A stretch of 64,000 nt of DNA from an uncultured Eubacteriales bacterium (GTDB lineage: Bacteria > Bacillota > Clostridia > Oscillospirales > CAG-272): contig CATYXQ010000002.1 in assembly GCA_958414825.1 (NCBI GenBank), forward strand, positions 7,492-71,491, read 5' to 3'. This document shows positions 9,577 to 17,537 of the stretch, piece after piece. The translations under genes and the position numbers were made by a program. The notes beneath the pieces were generated by a model that was not told the DNA's origin, did not search any database, and saw only the letters and a list, made by a program, of their open reading frames with translations. The first letter of the stretch is position 1. Each line of letters starts with the position of its first letter.

Positions 9577-11096
9577 AAAACCGCAAAACCCTGATTTTCG
9601 TATTTTTGGGCATGTTTGCGCTTCTGCTCTGCGCATACTTTTTCGCGGTGGTTCCGCTGACCAAGACGCCTGAGCCGGGCGAAACCACCCCGGAGACCAC
9701 GCTGGTTCCGGGCGAGGTCGCCGGACATGGCGGCCGGGTGCAGATGTTTGACCAGATCACCTCCGAGTATGTCAAGACGCTCTATGTCAAAAACGAGCAC
9801 GGCTCCTATAAATTTGTGCGCGGCGACAACGGCCTTGTCCTTGAGGGGCATGAAAATCTGCTGGTCGATCCCGAACGCTTTGCGCAGATGGTCGTCAACG
9901 CGGGCTACACGCTGTCCACGTTCAACGCCGCAGTGACCGAGGAGGATTTTTACAAATACGGCCTGACGCCCGAGGAGAGCGAGACTTATTTTGTGCTCGA
10001 ATCCACGACGGGGCGGCGGCATATCGTCTACATCGGGGACAAAACCCCGGCGGGCGACGGCTATTATGCGCGCTATGAGGGGCGAAACGCGATCTATGTG
10101 CTGGACGACAGCATCGAAAACGATCTGCTCGCGCCCTCCTCAAACCTGATCCGTCCGCTGCTCGCGTATCCGTCCGCGATGAATACCTATTATCTGATGC
10201 AGACTTTCCTGCTCGGACGCGGCGAGGATGTTTTCATCGGCGCCGAGTATCTGGATCCGGATAAGCGCAGCGATCTTGCCGCGATGAGCGTGCATCGGCT
10301 GACCTATCCGGCCGAGTATCCGGCGGGTACGAATTACGACGACGTACTGACTCGATTCTGTGATTTTTCGGGTTCTAAGACGGTCGCTATCGACCTTGAC
10401 GACGCAACGCTTGAGAAGTTCGGGCTTCTGGAACCGGCGTATACGCTGTACGCGGTCAATGCCGAGACGGACGACGACGGGAACCCCGTGGGGCTGATTG
10501 AAAACTACATCACGTTCAGCGAAAAGCAGCAGGATGAGGATGGCAGTTACTTCTACTATGCCGCTTCCTACACGTTTGGCATTATTGCGCGCGTCGAGCA
10601 GATCACGGTGGATTTTCTGGAATGGGAACTGGAAAAATGGGTCAGCCCGAATATTTTCCAGATCAACATTCAAAAAGTGAAATCGCTGGCCTTTGAATCG
10701 CCCGATGTTTCGGTGACCTTTGAGCTTTCGGGGGCGGACAACGACAGTCTGCGCGTGGTTGAAAAGGAAACCGGTCATGCGCCGGAAATGAAGAATTTCA
10801 GACAGCTTTGGAAAGTGCTGCTCTCGGTGACGCAGGAGGGACCGGCCGAACTGTACGGGCAGTCGATCAAGGATTTGACGGCGGACGAGGCGAATCTGCT
10901 CTTTACGATGACGGTCGTGACCCGCGCGGGCGTGGAGCAGATATACAAGTTCTATCCGTATACCGACCGCCGCGTGTATTATACGGTCAACGGAGAGGGC
11001 GCGTTCTATGTGAACCGCACGATGCTGAATAAGGTGCTTGCGGACGTGCAGCGCGTCATGCGCGACGAAACGGTGGATTCCGAAGCGCGGTATTGA
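9573..11096 (+). CDS. DUF4340-like exported protein (fourth gene of the GldAFG-like operon)
   Basis: ATGA overlap with the previous gene. N-terminal TM/signal anchor MKNRKTLIFVFLGMFALLLCAYFF. Family call rests on the usual GldG-DUF4340 synteny and is unverified. Confidence 0.55.
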   Translation: MKNRKTLIFVFLGMFALLLCAYFFAVVPLTKTPEPGETTPETTLVPGEVAGHGGRVQMFDQITSEYVKTLYVKNEHGSYKFVRGDNGLVLEGHENLLVDPERFAQMVVNAGYTLSTFNAAVTEEDFYKYGLTPEESETYFVLESTTGRRHIVYIGDKTPAGDGYYARYEGRNAIYVLDDSIENDLLAPSSNLIRPLLAYPSAMNTYYLMQTFLLGRGEDVFIGAEYLDPDKRSDLAAMSVHRLTYPAEYPAGTNYDDVLTRFCDFSGSKTVAIDLDDATLEKFGLLEPAYTLYAVNAETDDDGNPVGLIENYITFSEKQQDEDGSYFYYAASYTFGIIARVEQITVDFLEWELEKWVSPNIFQINIQKVKSLAFESPDVSVTFELSGADNDSLRVVEKETGHAPEMKNFRQLWKVLLSVTQEGPAELYGQSIKDLTADEANLLFTMTVVTRAGVEQIYKFYPYTDRRVYYTVNGEGAFYVNRTMLNKVLADVQRVMRDETVDSEARY

Positions 11097-11275
11097 GAAA
11101 AAGAATCGATTGAATGGTTTGCGGGGGATACCTTTTGAAAAAGGTATCCCCCGTGCCCCCCTCCCAAAACTTTTCAGTTTTTGGAAAGCGGTTTCATGCT
11201 TCCCCTTGCCAAGTTGGCGTTTTTATACTACAGTAAATACAGTAAAAGAAATACATCGGAAAGGATCCCACTGCT

Positions 11276-12034
11276 ATGACAGATGCTGCAACCATGGCGT
11301 ATATCAATATGTTCGGCGTACTCGGCGCGCTGCCCGTCCTCTGCCAAACCGTACCCGAGGCGCGGGAAGCGCTCCGGCTGAACAATCCGATCTCGCTTTG
11401 CCTTTGCGTCCGGGACGGTCCTGCGGCCACGTTTACCTTTACGGACGGCGCGTGCGAAATGCTTGCGGGCGAGCGCAAAAGCGATATTCGGATTCCGTTT
11501 TCCTCGCCGGAAAAGTTTAACGGCATGATAAACGGCGCGGTTACACCCATTCCCTCGCACGGCTTTACAAAGATTAAGTTTCTTACCGGTCCGTTTATCA
11601 AACTGACCGATATTTTGTCTCGCTATCTGCGTCCCTCGCCGGAGGCGCTCGGCGACCCCGATTTTTTCCGAACGAGCACGGCGCTGATGCTCCAGGTCAT
11701 CGGCGGCGCGGCGGCGCAGATCGGAAATCATGACAAAATCGGAAGCTTCAGCGCGTCCAACATGGCGGACGGTATCATTTGGCTTTCGATCAAGGACGGT
11801 CCGTGCGTCTCGGTGCGTGTAAAGGAGCATGTACTCTCGGCTGAGCCGGGACGCGCCGAGCCTGCGCGCGCGGTGATGGAATTTGCGGATTTTGAAACCG
11901 CGCGCGGTCTGTTTGACGGCAGGGTGAACGCTATGGACTGCATCGGCCGGCAGCAGATCACAATGCGGGGCATGATCTCCATGCTGGATAATCTCAACCG
12001 AATCCTTGACCGCGTGGCGGTCTATCTGGCATAG
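11276..12034 (+). CDS. Hypothetical protein (possible SCP2-like fold at C-terminus)
   Basis: 252-aa ORF with backbone GC composition and a downstream terminator. No catalytic motif recognised. The overlapping 287-aa minus-strand ORF looks like a shadow. Confidence 0.5.
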   Translation: MTDAATMAYINMFGVLGALPVLCQTVPEAREALRLNNPISLCLCVRDGPAATFTFTDGACEMLAGERKSDIRIPFSSPEKFNGMINGAVTPIPSHGFTKIKFLTGPFIKLTDILSRYLRPSPEALGDPDFFRTSTALMLQVIGGAAAQIGNHDKIGSFSASNMADGIIWLSIKDGPCVSVRVKEHVLSAEPGRAEPARAVMEFADFETARGLFDGRVNAMDCIGRQQITMRGMISMLDNLNRILDRVAVYLA

Positions 12035-12062
12035 AACGGTAAAAAGCCGGGCTTCGGACAAA

Positions 12063-12100
12063 AGCGTGATATTCTGAATGAAGAATATCACGCTTTTATT
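12063..12100 (+). terminator. Intrinsic terminator; left edge of AT-rich islet 2
   Basis: 13-bp stem agcgtgatattct / agaatatcacgct (12063-12075 / 12082-12094) followed by tttatt. Confidence 0.7.
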
Positions 12101-12106
12101 GTATTG

Positions 12107-12135
12107 TTGAAAAAGAAGGAAAATTATGGTATACT
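12107..12135 (+). promoter_or_regulatory. Promoter of the adenine MTase gene
   Basis: TTGAAA (12107-12112), 17-nt spacer, TGgTATACT extended -10 (12127-12135). Confidence 0.55.
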
Positions 12136-12166
12136 ATTGACAATAAGCGATTTGGAAGGGTTTTTT

Positions 12167-13273
12167 ATGGCAAAGAACAGCAATTTGAACAAAGCGAGCA
12201 AGGCAAAAAACGATGAATTTTATACGCAGCTTGCAGATATAGAATTGGAATTGAAGCATTACAGAAAGCATTTTATGGGGAAGACTGTTTTTTGTAATTG
12301 CGACGACCCTTATGAGAGCAACTTCTTTAAATACTTCGCAATGAACTTTAACTTTTTAGGCCTTAAAAAGTTAGTCGCCGCTTGCTATATGGGTTCTCCC
12401 GTTGTGGGCGAACAGTTTGAGCAGTTGTCTATTTTTGATATTTTGCCGAGCGAAGAAAATACCCCCAAAAGATTTCCGTATAAAATTGAGATAACCGAAG
12501 TCGTGGACGTAAACGGGGACGGCACGGTTGATTTGGCCGATGTTGAAAATCTGCTGCGGAACAAAAACAATGCGATGACTTTGCTTGACGGGGACGGAGA
12601 TTTTCGTTCTCCCGAATGTGTTGAAATTTTGAAACGATCGGATATTGTGGTTACAAACCCGCCGTTTTCGCTGTTCCGTGAGTATATCGCGCAGCTGATC
12701 GAATATAATAAGAAATTTCTTGTTATAGGAAATCAAAATGCTATTACATATAAAGAAATATTCCCGTTGCTCAAAGAAAATAAAATGTGGTTGGGTTATC
12801 GCTGCGGAGATATGTCCTTTACAGTTCCCGAATATTACGAAGAAAAGGAAACTCGTTTTTGGATTGATGAGAACGGACAAAAATGGCGAAGTTTAGGAAA
12901 TATTTGTTGGTACACGAACCTTGACCATAAAAAGCGGCACGAAGCGTTGGAACTTTATAAAAGATATACCCCCGAAGAATATCCTATGTATGATAATTAT
13001 GACGCTATTGAGGTTTCCAAAACCGCTGAAATTCCGTGTAACTATGATGGTGTTATGGGCGTTCCAATAACTTTTCTTGATAAATTCAATCCCGAACAGT
13101 TTGAAATAATCGGTATGGCTAAAAGAGGCGCTGGCGACCCAGCGCTAAAAACAAAAGTTTATACAAAAGAGGATTACCCTAATTATAGCGACTTAAACGC
13201 TACACCCGTAATCATTGAAAACGGCAAACTGAGAAATACATACCCAAGAATACTTATAAAAAGAAAGAAATAA
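12167..13273 (+). CDS. N6-adenine DNA methyltransferase (EcoRI-methylase-like family)
   Basis: ATG 12167 (MAKNSNLNKASKAKNDEFYTQ). Catalytic motif IV NPPF in IVVTNPPFSLFREY. DEFYTQ N-terminal signature as I recall it for the EcoRI_methylase family. AT-rich composition. Confidence 0.85.
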   Translation: MAKNSNLNKASKAKNDEFYTQLADIELELKHYRKHFMGKTVFCNCDDPYESNFFKYFAMNFNFLGLKKLVAACYMGSPVVGEQFEQLSIFDILPSEENTPKRFPYKIEITEVVDVNGDGTVDLADVENLLRNKNNAMTLLDGDGDFRSPECVEILKRSDIVVTNPPFSLFREYIAQLIEYNKKFLVIGNQNAITYKEIFPLLKENKMWLGYRCGDMSFTVPEYYEEKETRFWIDENGQKWRSLGNICWYTNLDHKKRHEALELYKRYTPEEYPMYDNYDAIEVSKTAEIPCNYDGVMGVPITFLDKFNPEQFEIIGMAKRGAGDPALKTKVYTKEDYPNYSDLNATPVIIENGKLRNTYPRILIKRKK

Positions 13274-13368
13274 TGATGCGGTTTTTATTCCATCATTGTT
13301 GATTTTTGTTACGATATATTTACAAATTGGCGGAATTGTGGCATGATTATAATAGTTATAAGTAGATA

Positions 13369-13518
13369 ATGAACGCTTTAGATGGGACAACGAGAGAGAC
13401 ATTCAGAAATGCACGAACAGGAAAAAATGATGAATTTTATACTCAGATTAATCAAAAAAAGGCAGGTATAGTTTATGAACATACAACTGCACGAAATTTC
13501 TGTCAGAGATGTTTTTAA
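13369..13518 (+). pseudogene. 5' stub of a second EcoRI-methylase-like gene (49 codons)
   Basis: Untracked ORF MNALDGTTRETFRNARTGKNDEFYTQINQ.... Nt 13423-13446 match 12206-12229 at 22 of 24 positions, and both differences are synonymous. Homology ends right after Q. The frame then runs across the DUF262 start codon. Confidence 0.45.
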
Positions 13519-14614
13519 CGGTTACGAAAATAACGAGGAAACAGGACAAGTTGTGGCATACGGCGGCAAACTGAATGTTCGTCCTGCCTATCAGCGAGAG
13601 TTTGTTTATGACGATAAAAAGAAAGTTGCCGTTATGAACTCCATTCTTCACGATTTCCCGCTAAATGTACTGTATTGGTCGGAGAACGAAGACGGTACAT
13701 ACGAAATGCTGGACGGTCAGCAAAGAACAATATCAATCTGTGATTGGTTAGATAACGGGTATTCTGTTTTTGCAAACCCCAATTCTCCGTTGACGCCCTA
13801 TTATGCGCACACTTCAAAGGAAGTAACGGAACAGGTGCTTGATTATAAATTGATGATTTATATTTGCAAAGGCACAGATTGTGAAAAATTAGATTGGTTT
13901 AAGATTATCAATATAGCCGGAGAAAAACTGACCGAGCAGGAACTCCGAAACGCCATTTATACGGGCGAATGGTTGAGCGATGCGAAAAAGTATTTCAGCA
14001 AGAATCAATGCATCGCTTATAAAATCGGCGAAAAGTACATGAACGGGTCAACAATAAGACAGGATTATTTGCAAACTGTTTTAAGTTGGATATCCGCAAG
14101 AGAGAACAAAACCATCGAGCAGTATATGGCTTTCCACCAGCACGATACCCATGCAACCCCGTTAAAGCAGTATTTCAAGACTGTTATGGACTGGGTTGAG
14201 TTGACGTTTCCGAAATACCGGGCAAAACTTATGAAAGGGTTAAACTGGGGCATTCTGTATAACGAATACGGCAATAATGTGTATGACCCCAACGAATTGG
14301 AGAGCGAATTGAGCCGTCTTTTGCAGGACGATGATATTACAAAGCAGAAAGGCATTTATGAATTTTTGCTCAGCGGCAAGACTAAAGAAAGGGTATTGTC
14401 AATCAGAGCGTTTACAGAAAATGAAAAAATGACGATGTACGAAAGACAAAAGGGTATCTGCCCTATGTGTAAGGCAGAGGGCAGGGACATTGTCTGGGCA
14501 TTTGAAGATATGCACGGCGACCATAAAGTGCCTTGGTGTAAAGGCGGTCATACAACGCTTGATAACGGACAAATGCTCTGCCGGGAACATAATCTTGAAA
14601 AATCGGATATGTAA
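13475..14614 (+). CDS. DUF262 (ParB/GmrSD N-terminal-like) plus HNH nuclease
   Basis: N-terminus LNVRPAYQREFVY...MLDGQQRTISI (DGQQR motif of DUF262). C-terminus EDMHGDHKVPWCKGGHTTLDNGQMLCREHNLEKSD (HNH His-Me finger). Confidence 0.85.
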   Translation: MNIQLHEISVRDVFNGYENNEETGQVVAYGGKLNVRPAYQREFVYDDKKKVAVMNSILHDFPLNVLYWSENEDGTYEMLDGQQRTISICDWLDNGYSVFANPNSPLTPYYAHTSKEVTEQVLDYKLMIYICKGTDCEKLDWFKIINIAGEKLTEQELRNAIYTGEWLSDAKKYFSKNQCIAYKIGEKYMNGSTIRQDYLQTVLSWISARENKTIEQYMAFHQHDTHATPLKQYFKTVMDWVELTFPKYRAKLMKGLNWGILYNEYGNNVYDPNELESELSRLLQDDDITKQKGIYEFLLSGKTKERVLSIRAFTENEKMTMYERQKGICPMCKAEGRDIVWAFEDMHGDHKVPWCKGGHTTLDNGQMLCREHNLEKSDM

Positions 14615-14683
14615 TGCGGGGAGAGAACCGGCGCCGCGTTTGGATGCGCAAACGCGGTTGGAAGATTGCCTAGCTCAGCAAAT

Positions 14684-14718
14684 AAACCGTCAGCAATTGG
14701 CTGACGGTTTATTTGTTT
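14684..14718. terminator. Bidirectional terminator; right edge of islet 2
   Basis: 11-bp stem aaaccgtcagc / gctgacggttt (14684-14694 / 14700-14710), A-rich on the left, atttgtttt on the right. Confidence 0.7.
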
Positions 14719-14807
14719 TAAATAACGGCGCTTTTTATCAGCCGAAAAACCGGGACTTTTCGGCGAGGGGGATCGGCGCGCTCTTTCGGGGGCAAATGCG
14801 CGCAATA

Positions 14808-14978
14808 CTATTTTGTTTTTTGCGCGGTTTCTTTACAGGCGCAGCCCCTGCCGCATTGCTTTGCATGAGGGCAGCCGATACAGGCCGCGCCGCGCTTCTT
14901 TGCCCTTGCCAGAAAGTAGACGGCCGCGCCGATGATGACAATTAAAATTGCCGCGACAATAAAATTTTCCATAATCAT
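14808..14978 (-). CDS. FeoB-associated Cys-rich small membrane protein (56 aa)
   Basis: Not in the ORF track (<60 aa). Translation: MIMENFIVAAILIVIIGAAVYFLARAKKRGAACIGCPHAKQCGRGCACKETAQKTK, one TM helix plus a Cys-rich tail. Its ATG overlaps the feoB stop (ATGA at 14978-14975). Confidence 0.8.
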   Translation of the reverse strand: MIMENFIVAAILIVIIGAAVYFLARAKKRGAACIGCPHAKQCGRGCACKETAQKTK

Positions 14979-16975
14979 TGGCTGAAAGCATACGCACCTT
15001 TCATCTTTTTATTTGTGTTGTTTATCAGTATGCACACAACGGCCGCAAAAATGAGAACCGCTAACAGTCCCCCGGCAGCCGCGCCGATGTTGAGCGTGGC
15101 CGGAGCGGTCAGGAGCGTACCGATGGTATATACCAGGTATCCGACCGTATAGCCTACGCCGAGTTGGAGCGCGACGCCGCCCCAAAGCCATTTGCTGTTT
15201 TTCATTTCGGCGTTCATCGCGCCGATCGCGGCAAAGCACGGGGGGGTATAAAGGTTAAACATGAGATACGCGAGCGCGGCGACCCGCGTGATGGCCAAAA
15301 TACCGGCGGCTTCTGCGCCCGCGCCCTCCAAAAGCGCAAGCTCCTCGGTATCTATTAGGTTTTCAAGTCCCACAAAACAAACCGCCAGCGTACCGACGAC
15401 ATTTTCTTTGGCGATGAAGCCGGTAACGGCCGCTGCGGCAAACTGCCAGGAGAGAACGCCGATAATTGGAACCAGAATATAGGCGAACGGTCTTGCAACG
15501 GCGGCAAGGATGGAGGCGTCTGCGGTTTCGGCAACGCCGAGGCGCAGATCAAACGTCTGCATGACCTGAACCGCGGTGTTGCAGAGCAGAATAATGGTCG
15601 TTGCTTTTACGATGTAAGCCCAGCCTCGGCTGCACATGGATTGAAAAGCGCCGCGGAGAGAGGGAACTTTGTATGCGGGCATTTCGATGATGAAAAATGA
15701 TTTTTTTGCCTGATAGCCTGCAATTTTATTTACGAGCAGAGCGCCGAGGAAAATGAGCAGGATTCCCGAAAGATACATCAGCGCGCTCACCCAGCCGGCG
15801 TTGTCGAAGAATGCGCCGGCAAAGAGCGAGATGACGGGGATCTTGGCGCCGCAGGGCATAAACGGAGCGAGCATGGCGGTCGCTCTGCGCTCGCGCTCAT
15901 TGCGGATGGTGCGGCTTGCCATAATGCCGGGGACCGCGCAGCCGATTGTGATGACAAACGGAATGACGGATTTTCCTGAAAGACCGACTTTTTTAAAGAT
16001 AGGGTCGAGAACGACGGCCGCACGGGACATATATCCGCAATCCTCAAGGAGCGCGATGAGAAAATACAGAACCATGACAAGCGGCAAAAACCCAATAACG
16101 GCAATAACGCCGCCGATTACGCCATCGACAAGCAGAGCGGACAAGAGGGGATTGGCATTTTCTAAAAGACTGCCGACGAATCCCTGAAAAGCTTCAAGCT
16201 GGCCGGTCAGCCAATCTGCAATCGGCGTGCCGACCCAAACCTGAGAGATTTGGAATACAAGGAACATGACGGCGGCGAAAATCGGAATGCCGAGCCACTT
16301 ATTGGTCAGCACAGCGTCGATTTTGTCGCCGAAGTTTTTGTCCCTGGTCAATACTTTGCGGACCTCGACCGCTTTGACAATGCCGTTTACAAAGTCGAAA
16401 CGCCTGCGGTCGGCGGCTTCAACGGCCGCGCGGTCAGCAAGGTCAATATCGCCCTGGCGATACGGCGCGGTCTGAGACGTGCCTGCGACGGATACGGCCT
16501 TTTCTACAACCGTCTTCAGTCCGTCGGACGAAGTGGAAACCGTTTCCACAACAGGACAGCCGATTTTTTTTGCCAGCGCCGCCGTATCGATTCTGGTTTC
16601 GTTTTTTCGGTTCAGGTCGCTCTTGTTCAGCGCGACGACAACCGGAATGCCAAGCTCCAGAAGCTGTGTGGTAAAGAAAAGACTGCGGCTCAGATTCGTA
16701 GCGTCTACAATGTTGATGATGACGTCGGGCTTTTCATTTTTTACATAGGCGCTCGTGATGCTTTCCTCGCTCGTAAAAGGGGACATGGAATAGGCGCCGG
16801 GCAGGTCAACGGCAATCAGCTGCTGCGGTCCGGCATAATATGCCTTTTTGATTGCGTGCGTTTTTTTCTCTACGGTAACGCCCGCCCAGTTTCCGACCTT
16901 TTCATTTCGGCCGGTCAGCGCGTTGTACATGGTGGTTTTGCCTGAGTTCGGGTTGCCGCTCAAAGCGATTCTCAA
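14975..16975 (-). CDS. feoB: Ferrous iron transporter FeoB
   Basis: G-domain motifs GNPNSGKTT, DLPG, NKSD, followed by a polytopic membrane domain; 666 aa. Confidence 0.97.
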   Translation of the reverse strand: MRIALSGNPNSGKTTMYNALTGRNEKVGNWAGVTVEKKTHAIKKAYYAGPQQLIAVDLPGAYSMSPFTSEESITSAYVKNEKPDVIINIVDATNLSRSLFFTTQLLELGIPVVVALNKSDLNRKNETRIDTAALAKKIGCPVVETVSTSSDGLKTVVEKAVSVAGTSQTAPYRQGDIDLADRAAVEAADRRRFDFVNGIVKAVEVRKVLTRDKNFGDKIDAVLTNKWLGIPIFAAVMFLVFQISQVWVGTPIADWLTGQLEAFQGFVGSLLENANPLLSALLVDGVIGGVIAVIGFLPLVMVLYFLIALLEDCGYMSRAAVVLDPIFKKVGLSGKSVIPFVITIGCAVPGIMASRTIRNERERRATAMLAPFMPCGAKIPVISLFAGAFFDNAGWVSALMYLSGILLIFLGALLVNKIAGYQAKKSFFIIEMPAYKVPSLRGAFQSMCSRGWAYIVKATTIILLCNTAVQVMQTFDLRLGVAETADASILAAVARPFAYILVPIIGVLSWQFAAAAVTGFIAKENVVGTLAVCFVGLENLIDTEELALLEGAGAEAAGILAITRVAALAYLMFNLYTPPCFAAIGAMNAEMKNSKWLWGGVALQLGVGYTVGYLVYTIGTLLTAPATLNIGAAAGGLLAVLIFAAVVCILINNTNKKMKGAYAFSQ

Positions 16976-17039
16976 TGAAGATTCCTCCTGTTTTTTCCTA
17001 TATTTGCAATCCTTTACGGAAATGTTGCCGGTTTTGCCG

Positions 17040-17055
17040 GTTAGCCTGTGCTAAC
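17040..17055. promoter_or_regulatory. GTTAG-N6-CTAAC box 1 (feoA-feoB spacer)
   Basis: gttagcctgtgctaac; arms identical to the boxes at 17339 and 17373. Confidence 0.4.
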
Positions 17056-17095
17056 TCATTGGCTCTGAAAAAGCCGATGAAAGATCCGCATTTTT

Positions 17096-17308
17096 TCAGA
17101 TCACAATCGCATCGGCCAATTGGTTGTCGATGGTATATCGGCTGTCCTTTATGGAAACGACCAGGCCGCTTTTCAAATTGGAAATAACCGTGACTGCCTC
17201 GCCGCTGTAACAGCCGAGCGAAAACAAAAAGGCATTCATTTCTTCATCGTCTGTAACGACGTCCCGAATGATGTATTCTTTTCCTGCCGTTGCGTTTCTC
17301 AGCGTCAT
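17096..17308 (-). CDS. feoA: FeoA family iron-transport protein
   Basis: Probable start ATG 17308 (MTLRNATAGKEYIIRDV...) after aaagagaaagg. SH3-like FeoA pattern FLFSLGCYSGEAVTVISN. Upstream of feoB. Confidence 0.85.
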   Translation of the reverse strand: MTLRNATAGKEYIIRDVVTDDEEMNAFLFSLGCYSGEAVTVISNLKSGLVVSIKDSRYTIDNQLADAIVI

Positions 17309-17338
17309 AGACCGTACCTTTCTCTTTCCAAAAATTCG

Positions 17339-17354
17339 GTTAGCGTTTGCTAAC
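17339..17354. promoter_or_regulatory. GTTAG-N6-CTAAC box 2 (feoA 5' UTR)
   Basis: gttagcgtttgctaac, 31-46 nt upstream of the feoA ATG. Confidence 0.45.
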
Positions 17355-17370
17355 ATTTGGCTCAAAAAAA

Positions 17371-17390
17371 CAGTTAGCATCCTCTAACTG
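17371..17390. promoter_or_regulatory. GTTAG-N6-CTAAC box 3 (overlaps the predicted feoA transcription start)
   Basis: Extended palindrome cagttag-catcct-ctaactg, 7-26 nt downstream of the predicted -10. Confidence 0.45.
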
Positions 17391-17396
17391 CAATTT

Positions 17397-17425
17397 AGTA
17401 TACGCATTTCGGGGCGATTTGTCAA
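17397..17425 (-). promoter_or_regulatory. feoAB promoter
   Basis: On the minus strand: TTGACA (17425-17420), 17-nt spacer, TATACT (17402-17397). Confidence 0.6.
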
Positions 17426-17537
17426 CCATTTTTTTGAAAAAATTTTCCGTTTTTCGGAATGGTTGCTTTTTTTTAGAATCTGTGATACGATAAGATCAGC
17501 GGTTTATGCAAAATATTCGGTCGGGGGAGATGTGCGC

